DNA of 64,000 nucleotides from Aplysia californica (Eukaryota): NCBI RefSeq assembly GCF_000002075.1, contig NW_004797378.1, positions 1,073,957 to 1,137,956 of the forward strand, read 5' to 3'. Shown piece by piece: positions 61,528 to 64,000 of this stretch (position 1 is its first letter; each line of letters starts with the position of its first letter). The notes under the pieces were generated by a model. It saw only the letters and a program-made list of their open reading frames with translations, ran no database searches and was not told where the DNA came from. The position numbers and the translations under genes were made by a program.

Positions 61528-63895
61528 ATGAAGGTCCTACTCTCTACACTGACCCTCATCATGATGATAGGCTTTAGTCACCAACAGATATGTAGGCGAA
61601 GGAACAGGGAATGTCAGGTAAACTTACACATAGAAAAAAATGGAACAACATTGTACTCTTTGTTCATTACAGCAAGCTAAACCTAATGATTTTACCACCA
61701 TAAAGATATCTAATATTTTAGCTAAGGGTCTTGAAAGTTTATTCAGGCCCAATTTGTTGCAATTTTTTCTTAAATTATTTTTAAAAATTTATGGGAGAGG
61801 GGGGGGGGGGAAAAAGAACAGACAAGTGCCAGTTCTAACTGGTCTGGGGGGGGGGTGACAACGTTCTCCGATTACAAATGCTTTGTATGATTCACCTCGC
61901 TTCATTTTGCTGAAATCTGCATTCATGTAATGAAATTGCTAGGCACATGGGTATAACAAACCATCTAGACATCAGTATTTCAATAACAGGTTTTGAGGAA
62001 TCAGGACAGGAACGTTAAAGGGACAAAAAAAGAAAGCCCAGATTTCATGTTCAACCATAAACTATTCTAAAAAATTAAGTTCTCTGAAACTGCGAGGCCC
62101 TTTGAATTACAAAACTGACTCTTTTCCTTCTAAAACATGGAACCAATCTTTAATGTCAGTGGCGCCGCCCAACAACCTTCAGATATGCCGACAACATATG
62201 TTTAATTGCACATTCAGAAAAGGGCCTTCCATTGTTTCGAAATATTTGTGGGATGGAAAGATAAAATAAGAGGTTATTTTTAAATGCTCAGAAACTAAAA
62301 CTGTAAGTCCGATTTGTAATCTTGTAAGCAAAGGTGAAAAAATTCAGCACATAAAACATTTCAGATGTCAAGGTTTTACAGTATATCATGACATTCAATG
62401 CTATGTGTACCCCGGAAATAAAACAGAAAAATTGCAATGGCTAAAGATAGGTTTTTTATCATCTCACTGAAGACCAAAAGAAGAGTTTTAAAAGGCAGTG
62501 TGTGGCCAACCCCTCTCTGTGGCTGTGCAGCTGTGAATGCTGACCAAAGACAGACACAATACTTAAAGAAAAAAAAGAGTGTTTGCATAAGAGACCATTG
62601 GAGGGAAAAGAAATCAAATAAGATAGCGTGAAGGAAGCATGAAGGGGTGCTCACTAATAAAAACAATAAGAAAAAGACAAATACAGTGTCTGGACATTCG
62701 AATAAAGGCCTCCAACACCTTGTTCTAACTGGAAACACTGAAGGCAAAAATATACCGGGCAAGACCAGGAACTTATGTTTTTGTTTTTGTAAAGTGTTTT
62801 ACGGCGCTCGCAACTGCATAACTGAGCGCGCGGGACACACCTTATGTTTTCAGTTGATTGGAAATTTTGAATTTTGCCCGGGTGGCGGCCGAAGCCTACT
62901 CTTATCGATTTTAGACCACCAAGGGATCTTTAACGTGCGCAACTTGCACACGGGCCCTCCGGGATTTTTCGCCCTTGTCCGAGAAGGCTAGGTGTAGATC
63001 TTTCCTACCAGAAGATCAGGGGTGTGGCAGAAAGACAGCTGTAAGAAGGAGTCAAGGAGTAGCAGTAGAAAGGCTGCAGAAAGAGACAGGAGCCCAGAGG
63101 AGGGGGCAAAGGAGGTGAGGGGGTGGGGGTAGAAAGTGGAATTGAAAGCAGACAACAGAACATTGCTAGAGAGCAAGAAAGGACTAGAAAGGAGACAAAT
63201 TTAGAGAAGAAAATTTTTCGGTCGCTACCCGGATTCAAACCCGGGACCTTTAAATGAGAGGCCAACATCTTAACCTCTAGGCCACGAAAGCCCTTTCCAG
63301 GAACTTAGGAAAACGAACTGATGGGTGACAGGGACTGATCAGGAAAGAGTTAGTTTTTATAGAGCATCAGAGCAGAGAAATAAGTGGCAAGCCATGACTG
63401 TCCATGTTTGTTTCCGATTTGCCACTTCATGAGGATTATAAGACTGTTACGGATAAAAAAAACCCAGCAGATGCAAATACCCAATTCCTACTTGAATGGG
63501 GTTAGGAAAAAACATGTAAAGAGTCTTTCCCAAGAATTTATCTCTTCCAGAGCAGCCAACAATCAAACAGCTTGTTTGAGTTAAAGAGAAGGCGATAATC
63601 CAGCACAGAAGAAGCAGGATAGACAGACCAACAACACACAGATAGTGCACAAATACGCCCTACATGTGGCACCCTTAAACCACTCACTGTGATAATGTTC
63701 TGCCCTCTAACTCAAACAAATAACATGTTGCCTTCACTATTCAGGTTGGGAGAAACCAGTGCTGCGACAACTTGGTCTGCAGGCAAAAGAATCTGGGATC
63801 TTCTAGAACAACATGTCAGTTGAGAGATACAGTAGGCCAATGCAGGGCAGAAGACCAGGCATGCGACACAGACCTCAACTCCAGATGTTGCGCAG
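61528..63895 (+). CDS. Secreted four-domain ICK/knottin-like protein, copy 3 (exons 1-2; exon 3 expected beyond the window)
   Basis: Exons 61528-61617 and 63745-63895 with intact splice sites; differs from copy 2 by one amino acid (RSED>RAED) and 5 synonymous changes. Confidence 0.88.
62776..63296 (-). mobile_element. Full-length tRNA-derived SINE in intron 1 of knottin copy 3, 11-bp TSD
   Basis: TSD CCAGGAACTTA at 62765-62775 and 63297-63307; single empty site at ~48097 in copy 2. Confidence 0.9.
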
Positions 63896-64000
63896 GTAAC
63901 TTGGTTATTGTTGTCCTGGTAACTAATCACACTGTCTCAACAGACGTTTGCCTGATTAATTAAGTTCTAAGCCCTTTTAGCACAGTGTAACGTTTCCATG

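Larger units (their letters stand above)
21761..64000 (+). repeat. Tandem segmental duplication, three units (~21.76-31.86 kb, ~31.86-52.75 kb, 52.75 kb to beyond end)
   Basis: Homologous blocks: 21761-22025 ~ 31860-32060+33880-33985 ~ 52751-53035; 34625-34899 ~ 56388-56667; 37467-39075 ~ 56660-59030; 44357-46390 ~ 59974-62150; 47449-48815 ~ 62156-64000; 26250-28090 ~ parts of 45445-48940; 30240-31980 ~ 51390-52880. Confidence 0.88.

Overview
AT-rich, repeat-dense animal genomic DNA with spliceosomal genes and six N-gaps; the SINE, LINE and MITE content suggests a mollusc, probably a gastropod (inference). (1) 787-19373 (+): a complete 8-exon gene for a ~279-aa type-I membrane protein (signal peptide, one C2H2 finger in a Cys-rich luminal domain, TM helix, Pro/Arg-rich tail). 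(2) ~21.8-64 kb: a tandem array of at least three paralogous 3-exon genes that the ORF track only shows in pieces. The two complete copies splice by hand into 170-aa secreted proteins made of a signal peptide and FOUR consecutive C-C-CC-C-C (inhibitor-cystine-knot-like, conotoxin framework VI/VII-like) domains, with no propeptide; copy 3 runs off the window. This tetra-knottin family is the most striking feature. (3) Decayed antisense exons resembling WDR59 (GATOR2/Sea3) lie just upstream of the knottin promoters, suggesting the family expanded from a site within or next to WDR59. The remainder is nested DNA-transposon MITEs (Tigger-, hAT-, piggyBac-like), Tc1 and MULE relics, RTE and RNase-H LINE fragments, two tRNA-derived SINE families and microsatellites. 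Family assignments are from memory of motifs; no database search was run.
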